From assembly GCA_965198115.1 (NCBI GenBank), contig OZ240241.1:1696001-1760000 (forward strand): a stretch of DNA of 64,000 nt, written 5' to 3'. Positions 10,050-19,897 of this stretch are shown one piece after another. Position 1 is the first letter of the stretch; each line of letters opens with the position of its first letter. A program made the position numbers and the translations under genes. Under the pieces are notes generated by a model that ran no database searches, had not been told where the DNA came from, and saw nothing but the letters and a program-made list of their open reading frames with translations. Origin of the DNA: Candidatus Latescibacterota bacterium (GTDB lineage Bacteria > Latescibacterota > UBA2968).

Positions 10050-10835
10050 CTAACCCGCCGCGCCGGCGTTCACGCCCAAGCCACGTCGGTAGGCCTCGAA
10101 CGAAAACAAGTCGTCGGGAGCGACGTTGCCCACATTGACCTCGTTGCCATACCGATCGACGAGTTCACGTCGCATTCTGTGAATGTCGTGAGGGTTGACA
10201 CCCGCGATCCAGGGTCCCGGTAGCTCGAACATGACCCCCTCGACCCCGACGGCCGCGACGACGTCCTCGACCTCTCTGGCCGTATCCTCGTCCGCGTTCA
10301 CGAGTTCGGCAGCCTCGAGCAGAATGATGGCGGCACCCGCATCTCGACACGCACGAGCGTCATCTGCGAACGAGGGACCGTGCGCAAGACCTTCCTTCTT
10401 GCCCACTTCGCCGAACACCTGCATGTCGAACTCGACGACAGCCCGTCGAATCACAGCGACCTTCCAATCGAGCGTGACGTCTGCCACATTGTCGGAGACC
10501 TCGACCCATCGATAACCGGCCTCCTGGCAAGCGGGCAGGTAGGCCTCGGTTTTCCCGCTGATCTCCGCGTACTCCAGAAACTGGCCGCCGGGGAAAGCTT
10601 CGATTTCCCCGGCTTGATACGCCTCGATCTTTCGTTTAAGCAGATTGTTCGAGTAGAGCCTCGACATGCCAACCGCAATCTTCGCAAACTCGAAGTAGCG
10701 TCCACCCACGGCCAGCAGGTCCTCCTGTTGATTCGGGCCGATGCCCCAATCGACGACCATCGTCGTTCCTGTCGAGCGCGGTTTGTTCGATCGTTCCAGG
10801 CCGTCCAATCCGTTGAAAATATGATCCGTGTCCAC
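10050..10835 (-). CDS. comA: Phosphosulfolactate synthase family protein
   Basis: KPR.TG.TMVVD.G, FAKI, PGGQFLE, VEVSD, EVGKK, LLEA, VNVGNV, EAYRRGL. Confidence 0.85.
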   Translation of the reverse strand: MDTDHIFNGLDGLERSNKPRSTGTTMVVDWGIGPNQQEDLLAVGGRYFEFAKIAVGMSRLYSNNLLKRKIEAYQAGEIEAFPGGQFLEYAEISGKTEAYLPACQEAGYRWVEVSDNVADVTLDWKVAVIRRAVVEFDMQVFGEVGKKEGLAHGPSFADDARACRDAGAAIILLEAAELVNADEDTAREVEDVVAAVGVEGVMFELPGPWIAGVNPHDIHRMRRELVDRYGNEVNVGNVAPDDLFSFEAYRRGLGVNAGAAG

Positions 10836-10912
10836 TCAGAGCCTCCCGTGATCACCATTTTTGACAAAACGTGTGGAACGCGCTCGGTCAAGCCCCTATC
10901 TTCTCAGACATC

Positions 10913-11797
10913 ATGCCCGGCGGAAACGAAATTCCACACGATCTCATCTCAGACTACGCACAATGTCGGGAAATCACCACGACTCACTACGAAAACTTTC
11001 CCGTCGGGTCTCTGCTTCTTCCATCCCACATCCGTCCCCACGTTTACAGCATCTACGCCTTTGCTCGGACGGCCGATGACTTAGCCGACGAGCCGGGCCT
11101 GAAGAAGGAGGAACGGCTCGTTCGCCTGGACGAATGGGCCCGCAGACTGGACACCGTATCAACCTCGCCCGAGGGTCCCATCTTCCGGGCCCTCGGCCAC
11201 ACGCTGCAGATGCACCCGATTCCCCTTCGATTGTTGTCCGACCTGCTAGGGGCGTTCCGCCAGGATGTCTTGCAGGATCGGCACGAAACGTGGGGTGACC
11301 TTCTGGCCTACGCCGAGCGCTCGGCAAACCCGGTGGGGCGGATCATTCTCCACCTGTTCGGGTATCACGACGAGGAAAGAGCCGCCCTTTCGGACAAGAT
11401 CTGTACGGCACTGCAGTTCGCCAACTTCTGGCAGGATGTGGCTGTCGATTTCGACCGCAACCGGGTCTATTTGCCCCAGCAAGAGATGGTCGCCCACGGG
11501 GTGACCGAATCGGATCTGGCGAGCGGCAGACCGACATCGGGTTTTCGCGCGCTCCTGACGGACCTCTGCGCACGAACCAAGGTGCTGTTCGACCAGGGTG
11601 TGGCGTTGCCCGAACGCGTGCGTGGCCGTCTCAAGTATGAGCTCAGACTCACGTGGCTGGGCGGATCCACAATCCTGAGGCACATACGTCGTGCCGATTG
11701 CGACATCTTCGGGCGGAGACCCCGAATCGGTCGGACCCTCACCATCCGTCTATTGATCAAAAGCCTTCGGCCCCTCCGCGTGACGAGGACGGTGTGA
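10913..11797 (+). CDS. hpnC: Hydroxysqualene synthase HpnC
   Basis: HYENFPVGS, YAFARTADDLADE, SANPVGR, ICTALQ.ANFWQDV. Confidence 0.93.
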   Translation: MPGGNEIPHDLISDYAQCREITTTHYENFPVGSLLLPSHIRPHVYSIYAFARTADDLADEPGLKKEERLVRLDEWARRLDTVSTSPEGPIFRALGHTLQMHPIPLRLLSDLLGAFRQDVLQDRHETWGDLLAYAERSANPVGRIILHLFGYHDEERAALSDKICTALQFANFWQDVAVDFDRNRVYLPQQEMVAHGVTESDLASGRPTSGFRALLTDLCARTKVLFDQGVALPERVRGRLKYELRLTWLGGSTILRHIRRADCDIFGRRPRIGRTLTIRLLIKSLRPLRVTRTV

Positions 11798-12639
11798 GCG
11801 TCGGGGGCCACGCCTCGAAGGTCGTCCGTAGGGCGAGATCGAACTTTTTCTGGGCGTTCGTCTTCCTCGATAGACCCCGTAGAGACGCTATCTTCAGCGC
11901 ATATGCCTTCGCAAGACACACGGACGATCTGGTCGACGAAGCGCAGTCGGCAGACGACGCCCGCCGGAATTTGGACCGGTGGCGCACCGAACTGGATGCC
12001 TGTTACGAAGGGTCGGCCACCCTCCCGATCACACGCGACCTGCACGAAACGCTCGCCCGCTTTCCGATTCCCAAGAAATACTTTCAACAGCTGGTGGATG
12101 GCGTCGAAATGGACCTGATTCACGATCGCTATCCAACATTCGAGTCACTCTATGCCTACTGCTACAGCGTGGCTTCGATCGTTGGTCTCATCTGCATCGA
12201 GATTTTCGGATACCGGAGTCCATTGACCAAAGACTATGCGGAAAGACTGGGCATTGCTCTTCAGTTGACCAACATCCTTCGCGATCTGGGTGAGGACGGA
12301 GCGCGTAATCGCATCTACCTTCCACAAAACGAGATCGAACGGTTTGGTTATTCTGAAAAGGCACTGCTGAGGGGGGATCGTACAGAGGCGTTCAACGACC
12401 TGATGCGATTTCAGGTTGCCCGTGCGCGACGCTACTACCGTGGCGCCGAACTGGCGCTATCCGACATCGACCGGCCCGCGATGTTTCCAGCGGAGACGAT
12501 GGGAACCATCTACTCCCGTCTGCTAGGCCGGATCGAGGCTGAGGAATACAATGTGTTCGAGTGGCGGGCGACCGTTCCGACGGCCGTTAAAATCGGCATC
12601 GCGCTGAAAAATTTCCTGGCGAGCAAGGTACGGCCGTGA
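11794..12639 (+). CDS. hpnD: Presqualene diphosphate synthase HpnD
   Basis: SNFFWAF, DDLVDE, YCYSVAS.VG, ALQLTNILRD.GED; GTGA overlap with hpnC. Confidence 0.9.
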   Translation: MSVGGHASKVVRRARSNFFWAFVFLDRPRRDAIFSAYAFARHTDDLVDEAQSADDARRNLDRWRTELDACYEGSATLPITRDLHETLARFPIPKKYFQQLVDGVEMDLIHDRYPTFESLYAYCYSVASIVGLICIEIFGYRSPLTKDYAERLGIALQLTNILRDLGEDGARNRIYLPQNEIERFGYSEKALLRGDRTEAFNDLMRFQVARARRYYRGAELALSDIDRPAMFPAETMGTIYSRLLGRIEAEEYNVFEWRATVPTAVKIGIALKNFLASKVRP

Positions 12640-13937
12640 AGGTCACTGTCGTCGGCGGTGGATTCGCGGGTATGTCCGCGGCGGTAGAGCTGAGCAGACG
12701 TGGCGCGCGCGTGACGCTCCTCGAAAGTCGGAGACGTCTTGGGGGCCGCGCCTATTCCTTTCTCGATCCGGTAACGGGATCCGTCGTCGACAACGGGCAA
12801 CACGTCCTCATGAGGTGTTGCACGGCTACGCTCGAGTTCTTGAAAATTTTAGGATCCGACTCCCTCGTCACTTTTCAGGAAACCCTGGACCTGGAATTCC
12901 TCGAGGTGCCTGGGACCGCTCGTCTTCGAGCAGCGAGGCGCCTGCCGGGGCGGTTGTCACTTCTGGTCGGGCTGCTGCGATTCAGCAGCGTACCATGGTA
13001 TCAGGGGATGGCCGTGATCAGGATCGCCGCCGCACTCGATCCGCCGCCTGATGATGCGTTGTCCGTAGAAGCGTGGCTGCATTCCGCAAGGCAGCCTGAA
13101 GGACTCATCGAGCGATTCTGGGCGCCGTTGTGCATCTCCGTCATGAACCAGCGTCCTCGCACCGCTTCCGCGCGTCTGTTCGCGGCCGTCGTGCGGGAAG
13201 CTTTTGGGGCAACCGCACAGGACGGAAACCTGGGGTGGGCGACAGCGGGGCTCAGTCAGCTGCACGATCCGGTCACGGCCTACCTGCAGAGGTCCCAAGG
13301 CGACGTACACGTCGGCGCAATGGCCCGCGCCATCACCCCCGGGACCCGCCCTGCGACCGAATTGAAGTCGGGTGATCGAATCGAATCCGACGCCGTCGTC
13401 GTGGCGGTGCCGCCTCCCTCTGCGGGGCGGCTCCTGTCCATCCGAGATTTCCCGGATCTGGCTGCTCGACTGTCGCAGTTCGTCCCCTCACCAATCGTCA
13501 GCGTTAACCTGTGGACCGAACACCCGCTCGTCGATCGTCCGTTCGTCGGGTTTGTGACTGGATCGTTCGACTGGGTCTTCCGAAGAGATCTGCTACTGGG
13601 AAAAGAATCAGCCGGGAAGGGATATCATACCTGTTTGATCGCGAGCGCAGCCGACCATCTCGATAACCTGGACAATCGCAGAATCTACGAGCGCGCGTTG
13701 GAGACACTCGCCGACGCTGGCCTCTCGGTGGGGAAGGGCGAGATCATTCACCACTCGGTCATTCGCGAACCCCGGGCGACTTATGCGCTGCCCCTGGGGG
13801 TCTCACCGATCGATCACCGAACGGAGCGGGACGGGATCGTGCTCGCCGGGGACTGGACGAATACCGGATTCCCCTGCACCATCGAAGGAGCCATTCGCAG
13901 CGGTCGAATGGCGGCAGATGCCCTCGCGGATCGCTGA
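12636..13937 (+). CDS. hpnE: Hydroxysqualene dehydroxylase HpnE
   Basis: VVGGGFAG, LGGRAYS, DNGQH, AGDWT..P.TIEGA.RSG; follows hpnCD. Confidence 0.9.
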   Translation: MKVTVVGGGFAGMSAAVELSRRGARVTLLESRRRLGGRAYSFLDPVTGSVVDNGQHVLMRCCTATLEFLKILGSDSLVTFQETLDLEFLEVPGTARLRAARRLPGRLSLLVGLLRFSSVPWYQGMAVIRIAAALDPPPDDALSVEAWLHSARQPEGLIERFWAPLCISVMNQRPRTASARLFAAVVREAFGATAQDGNLGWATAGLSQLHDPVTAYLQRSQGDVHVGAMARAITPGTRPATELKSGDRIESDAVVVAVPPPSAGRLLSIRDFPDLAARLSQFVPSPIVSVNLWTEHPLVDRPFVGFVTGSFDWVFRRDLLLGKESAGKGYHTCLIASAADHLDNLDNRRIYERALETLADAGLSVGKGEIIHHSVIREPRATYALPLGVSPIDHRTERDGIVLAGDWTNTGFPCTIEGAIRSGRMAADALADR

Positions 13938-13940
13938 CGT

Positions 13941-14324
13941 CTATCCTACGCGAAACTTTGAAATGCCCTCGGTGATGAACGTCTTCGTTTCCAGATCGAG
14001 TGCGTAGATCTCTTCGATACGATCGTCATCCAATTCGCCCGTCACCAAAGGCAGGGCATCGATCTGGTAAAACTGCTCGCCGTCAGTGGCCTGTGCGGCA
14101 AGCCGGGCGGTGCCCGTATCCCGCGCGCTGAACAGCGTGAAAAAGATCTGCGGGCTGAGTGCGTAAAGGTGGCTTCCACGACCCAGGTACTCTCCCGTTT
14201 CCTGAAGACTCAATCCCGCATTGACGAGAAGCTCCTGGTAGGCGTCGACCTCGCCTAGAACCGCAACGACGTCGTCCTTCTCCAGCACATAGACCGTGTA
14301 GCTGCCGACCTTCTTCTGTCGCAC
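13941..14324 (-). CDS. Hypothetical protein
   Basis: 127-aa ORF with protein-like composition, tightly packed behind the upstream genes. Confidence 0.6.
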   Translation of the reverse strand: MRQKKVGSYTVYVLEKDDVVAVLGEVDAYQELLVNAGLSLQETGEYLGRGSHLYALSPQIFFTLFSARDTGTARLAAQATDGEQFYQIDALPLVTGELDDDRIEEIYALDLETKTFITEGISKFRVG

Positions 14325-14333
14325 GCGAGCCCT

Positions 14334-14798
14334 CTATCGGCCGAGATACCACGTCTCCGTCTGAGCCTGACCGAAGCGATTGATTTTCCTGATGCGGAGT
14401 CCCTCTCCCTCGTCGAGGATTTCCCCTGCGTAGCGGGAGAAGGTCAGCCACGAGTAGAACACGATCTGCGCCCCGACCTTCGTGAAAACGCCCCGATCGG
14501 AGCGAGGTGCGGCGGACCTTTGGGAAATAAACGTGACAGCTTCCCACGTCCCTTTGGCGTCTCCGATCATCTTGAGACTGCCGGAGACGAGAAGCACGTG
14601 CTCGGATCGCGCGTCGGGGTCGAACAGACGTTCGAACGTGGCAGCCTCAAGCCCGTAGACTGTGATCGTAGCCGGTTCCACCGAAGGCAGAACCAGCATC
14701 AACAGGATCAGTATGGTCGATAGGAAGTTGCGCAAAAGGGGTCCCCCTGATCCCATCGGCATCCCGGGCGGTTTCTTGATCAGAACAGACCCAGCCAC
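14334..14798 (-). CDS. Hypothetical exported or membrane-anchored protein
   Basis: Hydrophobic segment FLSTILILLMLVLP followed by a beta-rich domain. Confidence 0.6.
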   Translation of the reverse strand: MAGSVLIKKPPGMPMGSGGPLLRNFLSTILILLMLVLPSVEPATITVYGLEAATFERLFDPDARSEHVLLVSGSLKMIGDAKGTWEAVTFISQRSAAPRSDRGVFTKVGAQIVFYSWLTFSRYAGEILDEGEGLRIRKINRFGQAQTETWYLGR

Positions 14799-16458
14799 GA
14801 GGGCCCGGATTCTTCCGTCGCGGGGCCCGTATCGATCCCCGACCTCGGGTCGACCCGCACATACCTTCCAGAAGCCACGACGATCTGCTCTTCCTCACCC
14901 CCGAACCGGGCGCTCACCCAGGCCGTGCCATCTTTTACACGAACCGTCGTGGCAGAACTGAGCACGACTCTGATCTCGTAAACCGCACCCTGAGAGCCCA
15001 GGATGGTGGCGAGGGGGAAGGCGACGACAATGCGTGGATCGTTAATCTTCACCCAGACCCGGCCCAACCGAATACGCAGGATCGGGTCGGCAGCGGTGCC
15101 TTCCCCCACCTTCAGTGCACTCACCGGCGCAAGCTGAGCACGCGCCTCTCCCTTTCTTACGGACAAGACGGCTTCCCCGTCCTTGCCCGTCACGATTTCT
15201 TCACCGGGCCGCACCGGCTGAAAACCCAAGGGCAGGGTGTCCCCTTCTGCGTGCACGAAAACAGCACCTTTCGTAGCCTGCACGACCCCCCGGGAAGCGC
15301 TCGCGAGCGCACGCTCACCCACGGCTCGACCCGATCCGCCTACACCCGAACCCGGCTGTCGCGCGTAATCCTCGACGGCGACTCCGCCGCGGGCTGTCGA
15401 TCTTCCTCTTCCGCTCTTCGGTGAACCGAACCAGACGAGAAAGAATGACGAGATCAACAGCACACCGACACCCGCCGCGATGGTCCCGACCCTGGACCGT
15501 CGGGGCTCCTCGATTGCGATCTCGCCGGCGGTCTTCCCACGCCCCCCCTGGGAGGTTTCGGATCATCACCTTCCTCCACCGGATCATCGGCGGCCGCGAT
15601 CGATCCCAGGTAGGTCTGCACACGCCCCGCTTCGAACAGACCTCTGGCGCGCTCTAGGATCAGACGTTGAACCGTTTGGACTTTCTCGTCCTCGGTATCG
15701 CTCAAATACTCGACATCCTCCTGGAGCAACCTGGCGCGTCTCTCCGAAACGTTGACCGGCACCCGTCCCCGCAAGCGTCGCTGGAACCCACCCAGCGCCA
15801 TGGCCAGATCCCAATCGTCGACACCCGTCAGCACCACTTGCATCTCCGTGTCGGACAGTCGGTCAAGATCCTCGACCGAGAATAATCTTTCGCGCAGCTC
15901 GTCGGCGGCACCCGAATCCAGACGGTAGAGCGAGGAAAGCAATCGACGAAGGTGCGGGGCCATCACGAAAGAAGAAAGGATCACCGCACCGAATTCGGAA
16001 TCGGTCCGCCGGGAGGGGTCGCCCAGGGCAGCGTCGAGAGCGGTCACGAAGGCAGCCTCATCGTGACCGACGTGCCGTTCGAACCCATCCCACGACTGGG
16101 TACAAAGCGTGCGAATGACTTCGGACTGGAGAGCTTCGGGAAGATGTGGAAGAGTTTCTGCGGCTGCCTGCGTGGACCCGTGCAGAAAAACAATGGCGAC
16201 GAGGTCCGACACCTGTAGCGGTCGGGCCTCGACGAGCTCTCCGTCTCGGCCTCCGTCTTCGTCGAACAGTCGCGACAGATCCTGCGACAGAATCTGTTCG
16301 ACGATCGTCTGTTCGCTCCCCGGAACGGGATCGGCCTCGAGACACGCGAGTGTCGCCTCGCGCAGGTCGGCGGGGAACGCCCCCAGCATTCGGCCGCGAG
16401 CGTCGGGCCCGAGCGATCTCAACACGATCGAAAGGGCACGTGGAAGCCCGGATTCCAC
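14780..16458 (-). CDS. FliG-like domain + TM + FecR-like domain protein, split by a 1-nt frameshift in the G7 tract at 15542-15548
   Basis: 15454-16458 has FliG-C features (LFSVEDL, DLAMALG, NVSERRARLLQED). 14780-15463 is FecR-like (GEEIVTG.DG.A.L, LRLGRVWV, TVRV.DG...V). One extra G joins them through the TM helix IAAGVGVLLISSFFLVWF. Confidence 0.65.
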
Positions 16459-16460
16459 GC

Positions 16461-17636
16461 CTACGTGTCACCTCGGCCCAGTACGTCGATATACTTGAGC
16501 CCAGACCCGGTGTTGAACAACACGACCCGGTCATTCTCGGACAAGAACCCGGATGCTACCAGGGACTTGAGGCAGGCCAGCGTGGCACCGCCTTCGGGAG
16601 CGGGAAAGATTCCGGTGAAAGCGGCCATCTCGGTCACGCCGGCCACGAGATCATCATCCGAAACGGCGAGTGCGCACCCGCCGCTGTCGCGAATCGCCCT
16701 GAGCATCAGGAAATCGCCGACGGCGGCTGGCACCCGAAGCCCCGCTGCAAGCGTCTGCGCGTTCTCCCACGGATCGGCGTGTGTCTTTCCGCTTTCGTAC
16801 GCGCGAACGATCGGTGCGCATCCTTCGGCCTGGACCGAGATCATCTTGGGACGATGCGAGCCGATCCAACCCAATTCACCCATCTCGGCAAACGCCTTCC
16901 ACATCCCGATCAGCCCCGTACCGCCGCCCGTCGGATAGATGATCACATCGGGGAGCTCCCATCCCATTTGCTCGGCGAGCTCATACCCCATAGTCTTCTT
17001 GCCTTCGACACGGTAGGGTTCCTTCAGCGTGCTGACGTCGAACCAGCCCTCCGCCTCTTTCCGCTCGGCGACGACGCGGCCACAGTCTGAAATCAGCCCA
17101 TCGACGAGTTGGACATCCGCACCCAGTACACGGCTTTCCACGAGGTTGGCCACAGGGACGTCGCGCGGCATGAAGATGTGCGCTCTGAGGCCGGCACGAG
17201 CCGCGTAGGCGGCGGTCGCGCCTCCGGCGTTGCCTGCCGAAGGAATCGCCAGCTCCCGAGCTCCCAGTTCGGCTGCCCGAGAAACGGCGGCGGAAAGCCC
17301 GCGAGCCTTGAAGCTTCCTGTCGGATTCGTTCCCTCATCCTTGATGAACAGGTTGGGAACGCCCACCCGCTCGCCGAGTGCCCTCGTCTGCAGAAGCGGC
17401 GTAAAACCCTCGCCCAGACTGACCCTGAACCGTGGATCCTCCACGGGCATCACCTCGGCATAACGCCACATGGTCGGCTCGCGCGCGGTCAATGCATCGC
17501 GGTCGAGGGAAGATCGGACTTTTTCCAGATCGTATCGGGCGAACAGGGGAACTCCCTCGTCCGAAAGGTTCTGCAATCGATCTTTCGAATAGGACCGGGC
17601 GGTCTTGGTACAGATCAGATCCACGAGGAAAGACAT
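16461..17636 (-). CDS. thrC: Threonine synthase
   Basis: SLGEGFTPL, NPTGSFKARG, SAGNAG, EPYRVEGKKT, PTGGG, FNTGSGLKY. Confidence 0.9.
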   Translation of the reverse strand: MSFLVDLICTKTARSYSKDRLQNLSDEGVPLFARYDLEKVRSSLDRDALTAREPTMWRYAEVMPVEDPRFRVSLGEGFTPLLQTRALGERVGVPNLFIKDEGTNPTGSFKARGLSAAVSRAAELGARELAIPSAGNAGGATAAYAARAGLRAHIFMPRDVPVANLVESRVLGADVQLVDGLISDCGRVVAERKEAEGWFDVSTLKEPYRVEGKKTMGYELAEQMGWELPDVIIYPTGGGTGLIGMWKAFAEMGELGWIGSHRPKMISVQAEGCAPIVRAYESGKTHADPWENAQTLAAGLRVPAAVGDFLMLRAIRDSGGCALAVSDDDLVAGVTEMAAFTGIFPAPEGGATLACLKSLVASGFLSENDRVVLFNTGSGLKYIDVLGRGDT

Positions 17637-18463
17637 AAAATTCTCCGGGGCGGTCTCTCGAACAGAGGGGCCCTATGATGTCCCGGACACGCGGAATAGT
17701 CAAGACGTGCCGGTTGGAGAAAGGGGCAAATCGATCCCGTAATCACGCATCTTCCGTCGCAAGGTCGGTCGCGTGATGCCTAAAAGCTCGCAGACCTTTG
17801 CCACGGTTCCACCCGGCGAGGCAGAGGGCCTCGCGAATGTGCTGGCGCTCGACGTCCTGCAGGGAGGGCACCCCCGTCGCCTGCCCACCCTCGACCGATC
17901 CGAGCAGGATGTCTTCTGGCTCGATCACGTTGCCCCGGCACGAGAGGGCGCCCCGAGTCAGTACGTTTTGCAGTTCCCGAACGTTCCCCGGCCACGGCGA
18001 CCCCATCAGATGTATCATCGCATCGTCGCTGATGCTCACCGATCCCACGCCGACGCGGGACCCGATACGTGTCAACAGACGCGTCACGAGTGTGGGAATG
18101 TCGTCCCGGCGTTCTGCGAGCGAGGACAGACGAACGGTGACTTCGGCCAGTCGGTAATACAGATCGGCGCGGAATCCTCCGTCGGCTACCAGGGCCTCCA
18201 GCTCCCGATTGGTCGCTGCCACGAGTCGAAGATCCGGACGTACCAGATCCCGTCCCCCGACGCGGTAGAACTCTCCGCGGTCGAGCGCTTCGCAGCAGTT
18301 TGGCCTGCAGACTGAGCGGGGCGTCCCCGATCTCGTCCAGAAACAGCGTACCCCGATCGGCCAGCTCGAAACATCTCTTTCGTCTGTCCGTCGCACCCGT
18401 GAAGGCGCCTCGTTCGTGACCGAACAGTTCGCTTTCGGCCAGGGACTCCATCACGGCCGCGCA

Positions 18464-19105
18464 GTCATGACCTCCGGCAAAGCCGGAGGCTTGAAAACTT
18501 GTGAACCGCTCAAAGCGGTTGGAAACCAAGCGCCACCTAAAGGTGGCGATTACCTGAAAATGTTGAGCTGGTCGAGACTCAGGTCCTCCCGCTCCTGGTT
18601 CTGGATATACTCCCGAACCGTCTGTTCATCCTTGCCAACGGTGGAGACCCAGTAGCCTCTTGCCCAGAAATGCTGCCCGGTGAAGTTCGACCTAACCTAC
18701 GTCCCAGATAGTTCCGAGCAATGTGAATCGCACTCTTTCCTTTGATGAACCCTACCGTCTGAGCTACTGAGTGCTTCGGCGGGATCGAAATCAACGTGTG
18801 CACATGGTCGGATCGCAGGTGACCCTCTTCCACACGGCATTCCTTCTGTGCGGCCAGATCCCGAATCACCTCGCCCAGATAGCGACGAATTTCACCATAC
18901 AACACTTTTCTACGATACTTCCGAACCCAAACAACGTCATACTTGCACTCCCAAACCGTGTGACGTAGACTCCTTACGTTGTTCATTAGAGAGCCTTCCT
19001 TCCGTGTGCTTTGAGCGGTCCACGGCAAGGGAGGCTCTTACATATTTCTGGAACTGTCAAACTCTGGGAGTCTCCCCGGCAGAGCCGGGGGCTTACCAAG
19101 GTTTA
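18464..19105 (-). mobile_element. IS200/IS605-family element (tnpA only); ends ambiguous by about 3 nt
   Basis: Subterminal hairpins CCTCCGGCAAAGCCGGAGG (18471-18489) and CCCCGGCAGAGCCGGGG (19074-19090). Removing the element restores the host AAC-TGC codons. Confidence 0.9.
18550..18986 (-). pseudogene. tnpA: Y1 (HUH) transposase frameshifted by a 5-bp tandem duplication
   Basis: KY.VVW..KYRRK, DHVH, KGKSA, then FWARGY.VSTVG...YI..Q in the shifted frame; ACCTA is duplicated at 18690-18699. Confidence 0.88.
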
Positions 19106-19716
19106 GTTAACGGCGACGAACGGCCCCGGCCGACCCGAAGCTGCGTGAATCGATCGGGCAAGCAACTCCTTACCCGTGCCGCTCTGCCCTCGAATGAAGA
19201 TATTGGCGCCTGTCGGCGCGGTCGCCGCTGCCGTGCGGTAGGCTCGAATCATGTCCGGGTTTCCGCCCACCACGACGTCCGCCCTCGGAAACGCCGTTTC
19301 GACACCGTCCATCCGCACACGTCGCCGATTGACACAAGGCAGCCTGGACAATGTCATTTTGAGCGCCGTCAGGGACAGAGGTTTGGAAAGACAATCGAAC
19401 GCACCCGTACCGATCGCTTCGAAGACCGTGTCGGAGGTATAGGCTGCGCTGAAGACCGCGACCGGGATCGACGGAATATGGGCCGACCCCAGCCGAATCA
19501 CGTCACGCGCATCACCGTCGGGCAGCACCACTTCGGTCAGAACCAGATCAGGAGGACGATTGCGAATCGCTTCTCGCGCTTTTTTGACCGTCGACGAGCG
19601 CATCAGCAAGAGACGGTCGTCGTCGGGAAACGGATCGGCGGACTGCGAGTCGACGATGAGTACGTGTGGCATCAGGGCCTCCTGGGTTTGAATTTTTTCA
19701 GGTCGGGTTCCTCATA

Positions 19717-19732
19717 GGCAAACACTGTGCCC
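19717..19732 (-). promoter_or_regulatory. Candidate sigma-54 (-24/-12) promoter upstream of the NtrC-family gene
   Basis: GGGCACAGTGTTTGCC has the GG-N10-GC spacing, about 45 nt before the ATG. Confidence 0.5.
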
Positions 19733-19837
19733 ATCATTTCTTTCCCTTCGCACCAACCCGCCCGTTGGTCCCCTCCGCGCGTTTGTCGTCGATTCGCAGA
19801 CACTTTACAGCTTCCTTGTCGACGGTTTGATGGCACA

Positions 19838-19872
19838 AGAAGAAGCCCCCTCTCCCAACGGGCAGAGGGGGC
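19838..19872 (-). terminator. Probable intrinsic terminator after the FN3 lipoprotein gene
   Basis: Stem GCCCCCTCT...AGAGGGGGC followed by TTCTTCT. Confidence 0.6.
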
Positions 19873-19897
19873 AGATGAAAGTCGTGTCAGACGATCC

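Larger units (their letters stand above)
17700..19672 (-). pseudogene. NtrC/AtoC-family sigma-54-dependent response regulator, interrupted by IS200 and with two 1-nt frameshifts (about 18288 and 17815)
   Basis: Degenerate receiver, GQSGTGKE, FVAVN|CAA split exactly at the [32 protein letters not shown] and a Fis-type [14 protein letters not shown]. Confidence 0.9.
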
